Assembly: GCA_964450385.1 (NCBI GenBank)
Contig: CAYVEC010000002.1
Span: 65,262 to 129,261, forward strand
Reading direction: 5' to 3'
Source: an uncultured Planctomycetales bacterium
GTDB lineage: Bacteria > Omnitrophota > Gorgyraeia > Zapsychrales > JANLHA01
DNA: 64,000 nt
Part shown: one piece after another, positions 39,439 through 48,878 of the stretch
Numbering within the stretch: position 1 is the first letter of the stretch
How the letters are laid out: each line of letters starts with the position of its first letter
Program-made: the position numbers and the translations under genes
Notes under the pieces: model-generated
What the model saw: only the letters and a program-made list of their open reading frames with translations
What the model was told of the DNA's origin: nothing
Databases searched by the model: none

Positions 39439-39522
39439 CTACTTCTTCTTGCTTCCGCAGCAGCAGCAACTCGTTTTTGCTGCCTTCTTCACCGGCTTCT
39501 TCGCCGCTTTTTTTGTAACCAT
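39439..39522 (-). CDS. Unannotated 27-aa Lys-rich peptide ending in four consecutive Cys (MVTKKAAKKPVKKAAKTSCCCCGSKKK), 49 nt upstream of the radical SAM gene
   Basis: Hand translation of the minus strand. SD-like AAGGGGG lies ~5 nt before the ATG. Co-oriented with the radical SAM gene and directly upstream of it. Confidence 0.35.
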   Translation of the reverse strand: MVTKKAAKKPVKKAAKTSCCCCGSKKK

Positions 39523-39614
39523 CCCCGCCCCCTTTGTTCACCGCCGTTAATCCGACCGGTCACGATGACCGGTCTTCATCAGATATCCTCCGCGTCGCAT
39601 TCAACGAACAACGC

Positions 39615-40046
39615 CTACTTCGCTTTAATGATCTTGATCCTCGTATACCCTCGTTCGGCGAGCAGCGCCGATGTTGTTTTCAAAGAGGCATTCATCATCC
39701 ACGGCTTGACCTCCATCAGTTTGACAAGGGTCTTTCGCCCATGCTCATCAAAAAAAGAAATATACGTCCCCGAGACCGGACGATCACTGAAGGCCCCCTG
39801 ATACAACGCGTCATTTTTCGGTCCCCAGGCGCAATCATCATGCGCGAAACGCCATTCCTCCGTCAGATTCTTCTTTCTTCCGTCGAGGAGCGCCTCACAG
39901 GCATCTCGATCATGGGTCAGTGTGATCATCACCAAAAAATTCTTCCTGGGAGATTTATAGATCGTCGTGGCATACCAGTTCGCGGCCAACGCGGCGTCAC
40001 ACAACCCAAGAAGCCCAACACACACGAGACAAAAAATTCGGCGCAT
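39615..40046 (-). CDS. Hypothetical secreted protein (signal peptide; two Cys pairs)
   Basis: N-terminal LLGLCDAALA signal. No known motif. Confidence 0.4.
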   Translation of the reverse strand: MRRIFCLVCVGLLGLCDAALAANWYATTIYKSPRKNFLVMITLTHDRDACEALLDGRKKNLTEEWRFAHDDCAWGPKNDALYQGAFSDRPVSGTYISFFDEHGRKTLVKLMEVKPWMMNASLKTTSALLAERGYTRIKIIKAK

Positions 40047-40128
40047 CGTTTTCCCCTATCGAAATTTCATTTCATCAACGCGCGCTATTATAACAAAAAC
40101 AAAATAAAAATACTTAAAAAATACCGGG

Positions 40129-43100
40129 TCATTTCGTCTTCCCCTCGGCCAGGACGCCCCCGAACCCGTCAAAGGGAACGACCCTGATGATCACGGGGGC
40201 CAGCCCGGTCAGCGGGCGCGACAACGAGTCCTTCCAATTCATAAGATCGATCGCCTGCCCTTCCGTTTCGTCGATAGCGACATCGGTCATGTCAAAGTCA
40301 ATCCCGCCGACGTCTCGTGCCTGAGACGCGTCGGCTCGGGCCGATCGGTCAACCGGGGCCGGATCACCAAAAAAATATCTCTGAACGTCTTCATAGAGCA
40401 TTGTCTTAAGAACTATCTCATCAAAGGCACGCCAGACTTGGCGGGTATCCGTGCCCGTATGATTCTGTGACAACCACAATGAAACGTCTTTGAGCCAACG
40501 TTGATACTGAACAGGCCTTGCGACAAGATGAAAGGCATTCAACAGGCCAAGCACCTGATCCATGTCTCCCACCTCAAGATTGCTCGATGCATCAGCAGGG
40601 TTTTTCTTGCTCACAAGATCCTGTGAATCAATGGTGCGTATCTCTCCTCGGGCGGTTATGATAAGATTCGACAGCCGCAGATTTTGATGGGCAAACCCGT
40701 AGCGCCCCTCAGCATAGCGCAGGCGTTTAATAAATTCTCCCAACGCCATGACAGCCCCTGGCTCACCCAAACCGGCCACATCACCAAGCCCCCTGATTCC
40801 CTTCTCCCGATCGACAAGAAAATGGGGACTCAGCCGATAATCCGCTCCAAGGGATTCACGGTTTTTCAGCTGCGAAAAAAGACTCATCACCAGAGGGTCA
40901 TCCGAGATGTCGTTAAAAAATTCATCCAGTCGGTCCCCAGGCCGACCCTCTGCGCTCGATAGACCGTGTCCCATGACCACAAAGACGCGCTCAGGCTCGC
41001 GATCCTGGCCATCAAAAAATAATACAGCCGTAAAAATAGAGTCAAATAAGTTCTCTACTCTTCCGGTAACAAAAAGTCTTCGGCCGTCCGGATACTCCAA
41101 GACCGGGGTCTCGCCATTCATCAGGCCGCGACGCAGGGCCTCCTCTATATCCCCACCGGTCCACTCATATCTCATCGGATTTCTCGGCACACCGTCAGAC
41201 GAAAAAAACTCGCCCTCTTCCCGGGCCTCAATCTCGATCAACGACGGCGTCGCCCCCGCCATCATCTGATCAAGAAGGCTGTCCCCCTTGCGCCGCTGCC
41301 ATCGCACGCCCGTCCCGAACTGCGGATCCCATTCAAACCCTGAGCCCGTCACGCCAAACGTCCGACTATCAATGCCCGCGCGACGAAAGATCTGGTGAAT
41401 CTGGCCCTGAGGCCACGCGGCCGACTGAAAATAATCGGTCGTCCCTATATAAAAACCGGCCTCATCATCGATCATATCAAGGACATCGCGCACATCCATC
41501 AGCGCCTCAGGTAAACGGGTCGAATCAAACACGACATTGTCAAAACGATGCGAGATCCCCAGGTGACTAAAGGCCAGATCGGCCTTGTCCGTTCCCATCT
41601 CACGTAAAACCGCCTTAAGATTCACGACAAAGGACTCCTTGTCGTCCCAAATAAAAAACACATTCGATTCAGTCGTCCGAATCCATTCCGGGAAGAAATC
41701 CCTGCTATATCCCACAAAAAACAGATTCCTCACCCCCTGCCGCCGATAATGTTCTCCGAGCTCCTTCAGCCCTATCCCGGCCCCGCACCCCAAATCAACA
41801 ATGACAATCGGGTCCGCCTCGTCAACCCTCTTTTGAATCCGCTCATCGATCAACGCCCGAACAGGAATAATACGCTCAATGTCCTCAAGCCGCGTATGCG
41901 TTTCCTGCCATTCCGTCGTATCCTCATGCCTAAAAACGACACCCCCCGTATGATCCCGCTCAATGGTCATAACCCCGTCCGGACGGAGATCCTCTCCGGT
42001 GATCGGTACGGTTGTAAACAGCTTACTTCCGTTGACCTCTATTCGTTGAGGCTCAGTGAGCATCGCCTGATCTGCCACCGTTAAATTGAGCCGATATTCA
42101 TTCGCGAGATATCCGTCCAGAACAACCTCCTCAAAAGCATCCCAGTAGTCCGCAAGGGTCCCGGTCCTCCCCTGACGCGCGACCCACTCGCGCATCTCAT
42201 CCTTCCAGGACTCCGGGACCGGATCAGTCAGCATCTCCTGATCGCCGAGAATGTCGATGAGCGATCCAAAATCGCTCATCATGTCATCGGGGTCCCAATA
42301 CTCAAAGGCATGAGATGTGACGCGGCTTCCCTGCATGAGCGCGATCTCATTCCAGTCAATAAGACGCAGTCCTCGGCGGGGATCAACCATAATATTGCGA
42401 GGAAGCAGGTCCCCATGGATAAACCCGAACCGGCGCTGGGCATCACGAAGACGGTGAATAAATTCAATTACCTGCGTTCGCATCGCACGAGATGACCCCC
42501 TCCGCTCAAGCGATTCACCAGAGGCCTGGTCGAGGATAAAATGCCGCGCCAGACGATAGTCCTCCTCGATTGTCTGAAGATTAGCCGGCGCAGCGAAAAA
42601 ATCCCGAGTCGCCGGATCGGCCTGGACGGCTTGGAAGAATTCTTTTAACCGCCTCAGGCGCGCGCCCATCCGCTGAGACGGCGCCTCCATCGCTGCAACG
42701 ATGAACTTCACCACAACGTCCTTCGGCGCCGCAGGATGTCGAGGATCCGTCAGCCGCCCCCGGAAAACTTCCGCGGCCCAAGAATTCGTGATGCCCTCAA
42801 TGATCTCGAGACGCCTGCCGTCTGGATACTTGAGCACCGGACGACGACCATTTTTTAACCCGTCCCGAAGCTGATCGCACAAAGAAACGGCATTGTGATC
42901 CCATGCCACCGGCATCGTCGGCTTAACAGTGAGCCGAACGCTGCTCAGCCCCCCTTCTAATTGTTTGAACAAAAGCGGGTCCTTGGTCACCCGAACCATC
43001 GTCACCGTCATCCCTTCCGCCTCGAACAATCGAGGGTCGACATTGTTTTGTTCGAGATGCGATAAGGGAAACAGCCATAATCCCGCGCCGTCATCAAACA

Positions 43101-44832
43101 CGTCTAAGATGTCATGCCGTATATACCCAATGACATCCTGTTGACCAGACGCCTTCCCGCGACTGCTAAAAAGATGGGTGATGCCCAAGTGGCTAAATCC
43201 CAAGCTGACCTTTTCTGCCCCGATCACGTCAAGAATCCGACGGAGTAAAATATTGAAATGCTCCTTCTGATCCCAGATCAAAAAGACATTCGGCCGCGTC
43301 CCCTCACCCCACTGCCGCGGCATGTCCGCCCCATAACCAATAAAAAAAAGATTCTTCCGATCCTCATATCGCGCGGCGAGCTCCTTCAGGGTCCGGCCGC
43401 TGCCGCATCCCCAGTCAAGAATCACGATCGGCTTTTCAGGTTCAGAAGAGGCCTCACGATCAGCGATGAGGGCGTCAATCTTACGCGTAATATCCAAATG
43501 ACCATCAACCGCCGCGAGTGACGAATTCATGACCGGCCATGGAGACTCCTCGCTAGTCTCCAAGTACGGCTCGGAACCAACGCCGTCCCGCAGACTGACA
43601 AACCCGTGATTGCGCCACAATGCCGCCAAGAACTGATCGCTCAGTTCCGTTCGGGTCGTATAGATCGTCTGCCCCTGAAAATCGACGTTTCTGACCTCAA
43701 CACCAGCAGCCATCCGTGTATGGGCTACTGTGCCCGAACCCTGCCCCATGGGCCGGACCATCGTATCGATCTTTACCCACCTGGCATCTGGACCGACGGC
43801 AGACCGCAGGTCGTTTTGCGTTCCATCCTCGGTGAGCATCGCCATGTCCATCGCGACCCCGCCGGAAAAATATTTGCGGGGCACCACCTCCCCGCGTTCG
43901 GCGTCATACTCCTCACGAATAAGACTGTAGACCCCCTCGCGCAACGCCTCAAGATATCCCTCATAGATCTTTGTCGTATCCTCATCATCCGTGAACTGAA
44001 CACCCGCCACCAATCCCTGATCAACATACCGCGCCCCGAGGATCCCCTGACGGAGATGCCGTTTATACCAGGCCGCCAGAATCAAGGCGTGATAGATCTG
44101 TCTCAGTCGGCGAAAACGCGGGCCCTCATTCACCTCGTGCTCAAGCGCCGGGACAAGGACGTCGCGCAAGACCGTCCCTCTCCCTGAGTGATCCGCAGAC
44201 ACGCCTTCTGATCCCGGCTTCGTCTTCCCACGATACTCTCCATCCATCATGACGCGGAGCCGGGCCCGGGTCACAAAGACCCGCGGCCCGTCGACATAGA
44301 CCTGCGCCTCGGCGGGAACGATCCAGACCTTGGGGGTCACTTGATCGGCGCCCTGTTCTGCTGCGAGCCCAGCCTGCCCGAGCGCCGTCCAAAAACGGCG
44401 GCCGGTCTCCTCCTCCGGGTGAAGCAGGGAGGCGCTCACGTGTTTGAGCACATAATCCTCCGCGAGCATGTCCCGCCCCATCTCTGTATCGCCAAAGGCG
44501 TCCGCGATGATCCGGTCCGGCTCATCCGGAGAGAGATTGACCCACATGTCTTTTTCCGGAATGGTTAACGCGGCTAGAAAATATTTAATCAACCGCGCAG
44601 AGTCATCCGTGACCTGGGCCTCATCACCTGTGGCCTCTCCGGGATCGAGAATAAATTGAAAATGAAGGGGATTGTCCGCATCGAGTTCGATGCCGCGCAG
44701 CATCATCGGCTGAGACGCCACAGGAGATCCCGGCGCCCAAAGAGGGGCCTCAGCCCATCCGACCGAAGCGAGGACCAAGGCAAAACAAACAAAAAAAGGC
44801 AAATAAAAACGAATTTTTGTGATTTTCATCAT
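40129..44832 (-). CDS. Giant (1567 aa) signal-peptide-bearing protein with two tandem modules, each a class-I SAM-methyltransferase-like domain followed by an APH/choline-kinase-like phosphotransferase fold; the second kinase-like domain is degenerate
   Basis: Signal peptide ...SVGWAEA. MTase motif I appears twice (IVILDWGCGSGRTL at ~aa 480; IVIVDLGCGAGIGL at ~aa 1010). APH-like catalytic region IHGDLLPRNIMV...LIDWNE is present in module 1. Module 2 reads FAHQNLRLSNLII...TIDSQD. Internal repeat PVLKYPDGRRL / PVLEYPDGRRL. Confidence 0.6.
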   Translation of the reverse strand: MMKITKIRFYLPFFVCFALVLASVGWAEAPLWAPGSPVASQPMMLRGIELDADNPLHFQFILDPGEATGDEAQVTDDSARLIKYFLAALTIPEKDMWVNLSPDEPDRIIADAFGDTEMGRDMLAEDYVLKHVSASLLHPEEETGRRFWTALGQAGLAAEQGADQVTPKVWIVPAEAQVYVDGPRVFVTRARLRVMMDGEYRGKTKPGSEGVSADHSGRGTVLRDVLVPALEHEVNEGPRFRRLRQIYHALILAAWYKRHLRQGILGARYVDQGLVAGVQFTDDEDTTKIYEGYLEALREGVYSLIREEYDAERGEVVPRKYFSGGVAMDMAMLTEDGTQNDLRSAVGPDARWVKIDTMVRPMGQGSGTVAHTRMAAGVEVRNVDFQGQTIYTTRTELSDQFLAALWRNHGFVSLRDGVGSEPYLETSEESPWPVMNSSLAAVDGHLDITRKIDALIADREASSEPEKPIVILDWGCGSGRTLKELAARYEDRKNLFFIGYGADMPRQWGEGTRPNVFLIWDQKEHFNILLRRILDVIGAEKVSLGFSHLGITHLFSSRGKASGQQDVIGYIRHDILDVFDDGAGLWLFPLSHLEQNNVDPRLFEAEGMTVTMVRVTKDPLLFKQLEGGLSSVRLTVKPTMPVAWDHNAVSLCDQLRDGLKNGRRPVLKYPDGRRLEIIEGITNSWAAEVFRGRLTDPRHPAAPKDVVVKFIVAAMEAPSQRMGARLRRLKEFFQAVQADPATRDFFAAPANLQTIEEDYRLARHFILDQASGESLERRGSSRAMRTQVIEFIHRLRDAQRRFGFIHGDLLPRNIMVDPRRGLRLIDWNEIALMQGSRVTSHAFEYWDPDDMMSDFGSLIDILGDQEMLTDPVPESWKDEMREWVARQGRTGTLADYWDAFEEVVLDGYLANEYRLNLTVADQAMLTEPQRIEVNGSKLFTTVPITGEDLRPDGVMTIERDHTGGVVFRHEDTTEWQETHTRLEDIERIIPVRALIDERIQKRVDEADPIVIVDLGCGAGIGLKELGEHYRRQGVRNLFFVGYSRDFFPEWIRTTESNVFFIWDDKESFVVNLKAVLREMGTDKADLAFSHLGISHRFDNVVFDSTRLPEALMDVRDVLDMIDDEAGFYIGTTDYFQSAAWPQGQIHQIFRRAGIDSRTFGVTGSGFEWDPQFGTGVRWQRRKGDSLLDQMMAGATPSLIEIEAREEGEFFSSDGVPRNPMRYEWTGGDIEEALRRGLMNGETPVLEYPDGRRLFVTGRVENLFDSIFTAVLFFDGQDREPERVFVVMGHGLSSAEGRPGDRLDEFFNDISDDPLVMSLFSQLKNRESLGADYRLSPHFLVDREKGIRGLGDVAGLGEPGAVMALGEFIKRLRYAEGRYGFAHQNLRLSNLIITARGEIRTIDSQDLVSKKNPADASSNLEVGDMDQVLGLLNAFHLVARPVQYQRWLKDVSLWLSQNHTGTDTRQVWRAFDEIVLKTMLYEDVQRYFFGDPAPVDRSARADASQARDVGGIDFDMTDVAIDETEGQAIDLMNWKDSLSRPLTGLAPVIIRVVPFDGFGGVLAEGKTK

Positions 44833-44907
44833 AATTCTTTCAATATTTATATAAGTATTAAGGATAATAATTGAAAAAACAAGGTCCTGTCATACTTTTT
44901 TAAAAAG

Positions 44908-44944
44908 AAAACGCCTTTTTCTAAAAATCAGAAAAAGGCGTTTC
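44908..44944 (-). terminator. Rho-independent terminator, perfect 11-bp stem (AACGCCTTTTT / AAAAAGGCGTT) with flanking A/T runs, between the dodecin gene and the giant gene
   Basis: Inverted repeat read directly in the sequence, followed by A/T tracts on both strands. Confidence 0.6.
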
Positions 44945-44978
44945 ATGAACTGGAAACCGACCTGGCTACCCTAAAGAA

Positions 44979-45170
44979 TCACATCTCAACCGCGACCTTC
45001 AGCTTCACCTGAAATTCCTTAACAAGCCCCTCCCTCACCGCGCCGCGCTGCTCGACCACCTCAAAAAAATGCACCCGCCGGCCATCTGCCACGAGTTTCT
45101 CGATCGCGGACTGGACCGCCTTTGAAAACCCCACAGATGAGATCCCCACAACCTCAAGCATCTGCAACAT
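44979..45170 (-). CDS. Dodecin-family flavin-binding protein
   Basis: 63 aa. VVGISSVGFSKAVQSAIEK...HFFEVVEQRGAV...FQVKLKVAV matches the dodecin beta-alpha-beta-beta pattern. Confidence 0.65.
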   Translation of the reverse strand: MLQMLEVVGISSVGFSKAVQSAIEKLVADGRRVHFFEVVEQRGAVREGLVKEFQVKLKVAVEM

Positions 45171-46656
45171 CCCCTAGCTCCTTTCTCTCCTGTCCTTGCC
45201 CGGCCATCCCTGACCGAAGATATTTCAAAAATTCATCAACAACGCGGGGATGAAACTGCTGCCCCCGATTCCGCCGGATCTCCTCGATCGCAGTCTCCCG
45301 CGACAGGGCCGCCCGATACGCCCGATCAGTCGTCATCGCGTCATACGCATCGGCCACGGCCAGGATCTGGGCGTACAGATTGATCCCCTCTCCGGCGAGC
45401 TGATCCGGGTATCCCGTGCCATCATAATGTTCATGGTGCCCTCGGACAATCGCAAGGAGCTCTTTGTCGAAGACCGCGGATCGAAGAATGTCCTCACCGA
45501 TGGCCGGATGCTGATGAATGAGGTCCCACTCCTCAGGGGTCAGCGTCTCTTTTTTATTCAAGACCGAATCCTGAATCGCGAGTTTCCCGATATCATGGAG
45601 CTGAGCCGCTTCCCAGATAAGTTCCACCGCGTGTTCGTCAAGCCCCATTGTCTTTGCGATCCCGGCGGCATACCCCGCGACCCGGTCCGAATGCCCACGT
45701 GTATAAATATCCTTGGCCTCTAGGATCCGGATCATGGACTGCATCGCGCGGTAAAAATAATGATGGGTCTTTTTCCGTGAGAGCCACAAGGCCCGCGCCA
45801 TCCGGTTAAAATCGCTGGCAAGGCCAGCAACCTCGTCATGCCCGGAATCGTCAACGCGGAACGTGAACTCGCCCTTACTGATCCGCCGCGTCCCCTCGGC
45901 AAGATCCTCGATCCTTCGGGTGATCCACCCCGAAAGGGCGATCCCAAGGCCAACAGCGATCGCAATCCCCGCGCCCAGGACGGCAATCCCGCGCCGATGG
46001 ACAAGGCGTCTCACCGCGTAGACATCATCCGCAGTCACATCAACTCCAAGGACCGCCACCGGTTCCCCGTGTTGATTTCGAATCGGGGCATACCCTGAAA
46101 GAAGGCTCCCCCACTCATCTGAGCCGAGACGGGTATCCGCAGTCGGACCATCAAAGGCCTTCATCATCTCAGGGAACCGCGAGGCATCATACCGGGCCCC
46201 GGGATAACATTCCTGACCCCGACGAACGTCCTGCCCGCCGCCCTCCGCGTCAGGGTCAACTACGAACTGCCAGATCCCCTGTTCCTCGGTCCGGGTCATG
46301 ATATACACAAACCGCACCGGCGGATTGGCGTCGAGGATCCGCTTGAGCTTCTGTAAGGTCGCCTGATAGGCCGGAGACTCAACCCCCTCCCGCGTCAACG
46401 GGATTTCCTCAAGCCGATCCCCATCAATGAATAAGGCCGCGGTCTGGGCGACGACCTTCAATTTATCGCGGAGCTGGTCAAACTGGGCATCAAGGGCATA
46501 AGAATAAATAAAGGCATTACTCAAGGCCACGACCGTGACCGTACTCGCGATCAAGGCCGCCGTGACCTTCCAACGGAAACTTCCGCGGGCGAGGATCCGT
46601 GCCCCAGGTCCCACCTGCCGTCGACGTCTCACGCCCTTGCTTCCCGTACCGATCAT
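45154..46656 (-). CDS. HD-GYP domain c-di-GMP phosphodiesterase with periplasmic sensor domain and HAMP
   Basis: HDIGK...HHEHYDGTGYP. Two TM segments flank a ~200-aa periplasmic domain, with HAMP before HD-GYP. Confidence 0.8.
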   Translation of the reverse strand: MIGTGSKGVRRRRQVGPGARILARGSFRWKVTAALIASTVTVVALSNAFIYSYALDAQFDQLRDKLKVVAQTAALFIDGDRLEEIPLTREGVESPAYQATLQKLKRILDANPPVRFVYIMTRTEEQGIWQFVVDPDAEGGGQDVRRGQECYPGARYDASRFPEMMKAFDGPTADTRLGSDEWGSLLSGYAPIRNQHGEPVAVLGVDVTADDVYAVRRLVHRRGIAVLGAGIAIAVGLGIALSGWITRRIEDLAEGTRRISKGEFTFRVDDSGHDEVAGLASDFNRMARALWLSRKKTHHYFYRAMQSMIRILEAKDIYTRGHSDRVAGYAAGIAKTMGLDEHAVELIWEAAQLHDIGKLAIQDSVLNKKETLTPEEWDLIHQHPAIGEDILRSAVFDKELLAIVRGHHEHYDGTGYPDQLAGEGINLYAQILAVADAYDAMTTDRAYRAALSRETAIEEIRRNRGQQFHPRVVDEFLKYLRSGMAGQGQERKELGDVADA

Positions 46657-46684
46657 CTAGCCGCCCCCGATTCTCTCCGATGAG

Positions 46685-47602
46685 CTACCGTCCCCAGAGT
46701 CCGCCGTCTTTTTTGATCAATCTCAACAAAAATTGAACAACTGTCTCATCAAACTGCGTCCCAGCCCCGCGGGTCAACTCATCCAGGATCGTCTCCTTGG
46801 AAAGGGCCGCCCGATAAAATGTGGTCGTATTCATCTCGTCAAAGGCCTCGCAGACCGCGATGATCCGTGACTCAAGCGGGATGTCCGCCCCACGCTTCCC
46901 ATCGGGATATCCTGTCCCGTCCCAACGCTCATGATGGTGGCGGATCGCCGCGCGCTCAAGATGAAGAAATTTTAACGGCCGGAGGATCTCGTCACCGAGG
47001 ATCGTATGCCGATTGATCTTCTCACGCTCCTCCGGAGAGAGGGCCCCGGACTTTTTAAGGATCTCATCATCGATAACGAGTTTCCCAAGATCGTGCAACA
47101 GGGCGGCCCGACGGATCGATTCAACAGTGTCCGCCGAGAGCCCCATCTCGTTTCCAATCAAAACAGCGAGGCGCGCGACCCGGGCCGAGTGCCCGTGAAG
47201 ATACAGCGCGCGGCGTTCAACAAGATTAATTAACGAAGCAATCGTTTCCACCTCGGCATTCTCAAGCCGCACATAGGCGCTCAATAACTCATCATTCATG
47301 GCCTGAACGCGTTCGCGCTCGCCGACCTCGCGCATCCAGAGATGGCCAATGAGGGCCAAGACGATCATCAGGATAATCTTCTCCGAGATCTCGCTCATCT
47401 CGGGCGCGGTGAAGACGATCGCGAGCTGAACGCAAACGAGAAAAAAAATTCCGCCCATCAACCACATCTTGAGGCGATTATTATATGAGACCGCTGCCTC
47501 AAGCAGTCGGCTGTGCTGATACACCCCAGGTTCCTGATCAACGTTCATGTTCTGCCCCCTCACGCAGGATGAATGAGCTTCTTCAAAAACTGTACCGCGC
47601 AC
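46685..47602 (-). CDS. HD-GYP domain protein (membrane-anchored)
   Basis: HDLGKL...HHERWDGTGYP and two N-terminal TM helices. Confidence 0.8.
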   Translation of the reverse strand: MRGTVFEEAHSSCVRGQNMNVDQEPGVYQHSRLLEAAVSYNNRLKMWLMGGIFFLVCVQLAIVFTAPEMSEISEKIILMIVLALIGHLWMREVGERERVQAMNDELLSAYVRLENAEVETIASLINLVERRALYLHGHSARVARLAVLIGNEMGLSADTVESIRRAALLHDLGKLVIDDEILKKSGALSPEEREKINRHTILGDEILRPLKFLHLERAAIRHHHERWDGTGYPDGKRGADIPLESRIIAVCEAFDEMNTTTFYRAALSKETILDELTRGAGTQFDETVVQFLLRLIKKDGGLWGR

Positions 47603-48878
47603 GAAGATAAATGTTTTTGTTTTTTTTCATTTGGGCGAACTCGGTTGTCTGCCCTTCTCCCCAGGGGACGTTCGCGCCCAGCGTCACCTTCCACCGGTCC
47701 GTCACATCATACTGAATGCTCGGCCGAAGGTATCCATCCTCATCCGACGGCGAATAAAAATGAAACACCGAGACCGCTACGGTCTGATTCTTATAAAGCT
47801 TCGTGACCCGCTGTGTCAAGAGATGCCGGCCCTGGTCATATCTGAGGTCCGAGGAAAGAAGATTGTCTTCATAGGCCCCGTAATCAAGCCGATGTTCATA
47901 AAGATACTGAACCCCCACGCGCCAATCTCCCCCGAGGTCTCGTTCATAACCAGCGAGGGTCTTCACCATGGAATTTTCGATGAGCCGGTTGTCGCCGGCA
48001 TCATCCTCGCGTGAGTTATAATAGCCCGCCTCGAGATTCCCGATCCCCCCGAAGGCCGGTCCTCTGAGGCTCCCACCATAGACATCCAACCGACGGTAAA
48101 AAAGCTCGTGCGCTGCCTCATCCTTAATGCTCGACGCGTTCTTATCAAATCCCCGAAAGGCATAGAGCGCGGCCTCATGGCTGCCGACCCCTCGATAGAG
48201 CCGAAGGGCATACTCGGCATTCGATAACTGACGGGCTGGTTCCACAAGCCGCCGGTCCGAAGCGCAGCCGGCGATCTCACCTTCAAAAAGGTCGTAAAAG
48301 GAGAGCCGGTCCCCGTCGGGCTGAAGATTCGGTTGAAAAGCGGCCGCCACGATATCCAGATTCGCGGCCTCATGAAAGAGGGAGACGCGGACCGCGTCCG
48401 ACGGCCGTTTCAGATACTCATCATCGCGCCCTGAAAAGAACGAGATATAATCCTTCGGAAAAAGGTCATTCACAAAAAGATAATCACCCGTCCCCCAAGT
48501 CAGGACCTGACGGCCCGCCCGGACATCCATCCGTTCAAGCGGGCTGAACGACAGATTGGCCTCGCGAACCTCGACGGCGGTCTTCGCGCCAAAATATCCA
48601 TCAACCGTCCCGTCCGCCTTAAGATTCACGACCGCATTCTTTTCAGCCAGAAAATTCTCACCCTCCCAAAAATACTGGGTTTTGAACTGCAGACGCTGCT
48701 CGAGAAAATGATAATCACTGTGTTTGGTATCGATCGAGTCGTCGGTTCGGACCCCGGCCGCCGTCTCGGCAAAGCCGTGAACTCCGGTCCACGCAGCGTC
48801 CGCCGGACCCGCGGCCCCGACCGCACACCCGGCAGCAAGACACAGCGAAATAACGATTTCTCTCATCATCGGATCCAT
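47583..48878 (-). CDS. Outer-membrane beta-barrel protein (DUF1302-like partner of RND exporter)
   Basis: Signal peptide. Alternating beta-strand pattern. C-terminal ...RARYSF with terminal Phe. Confidence 0.5.
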   Translation of the reverse strand: MDPMMREIVISLCLAAGCAVGAAGPADAAWTGVHGFAETAAGVRTDDSIDTKHSDYHFLEQRLQFKTQYFWEGENFLAEKNAVVNLKADGTVDGYFGAKTAVEVREANLSFSPLERMDVRAGRQVLTWGTGDYLFVNDLFPKDYISFFSGRDDEYLKRPSDAVRVSLFHEAANLDIVAAAFQPNLQPDGDRLSFYDLFEGEIAGCASDRRLVEPARQLSNAEYALRLYRGVGSHEAALYAFRGFDKNASSIKDEAAHELFYRRLDVYGGSLRGPAFGGIGNLEAGYYNSREDDAGDNRLIENSMVKTLAGYERDLGGDWRVGVQYLYEHRLDYGAYEDNLLSSDLRYDQGRHLLTQRVTKLYKNQTVAVSVFHFYSPSDEDGYLRPSIQYDVTDRWKVTLGANVPWGEGQTTEFAQMKKNKNIYLRARYSF

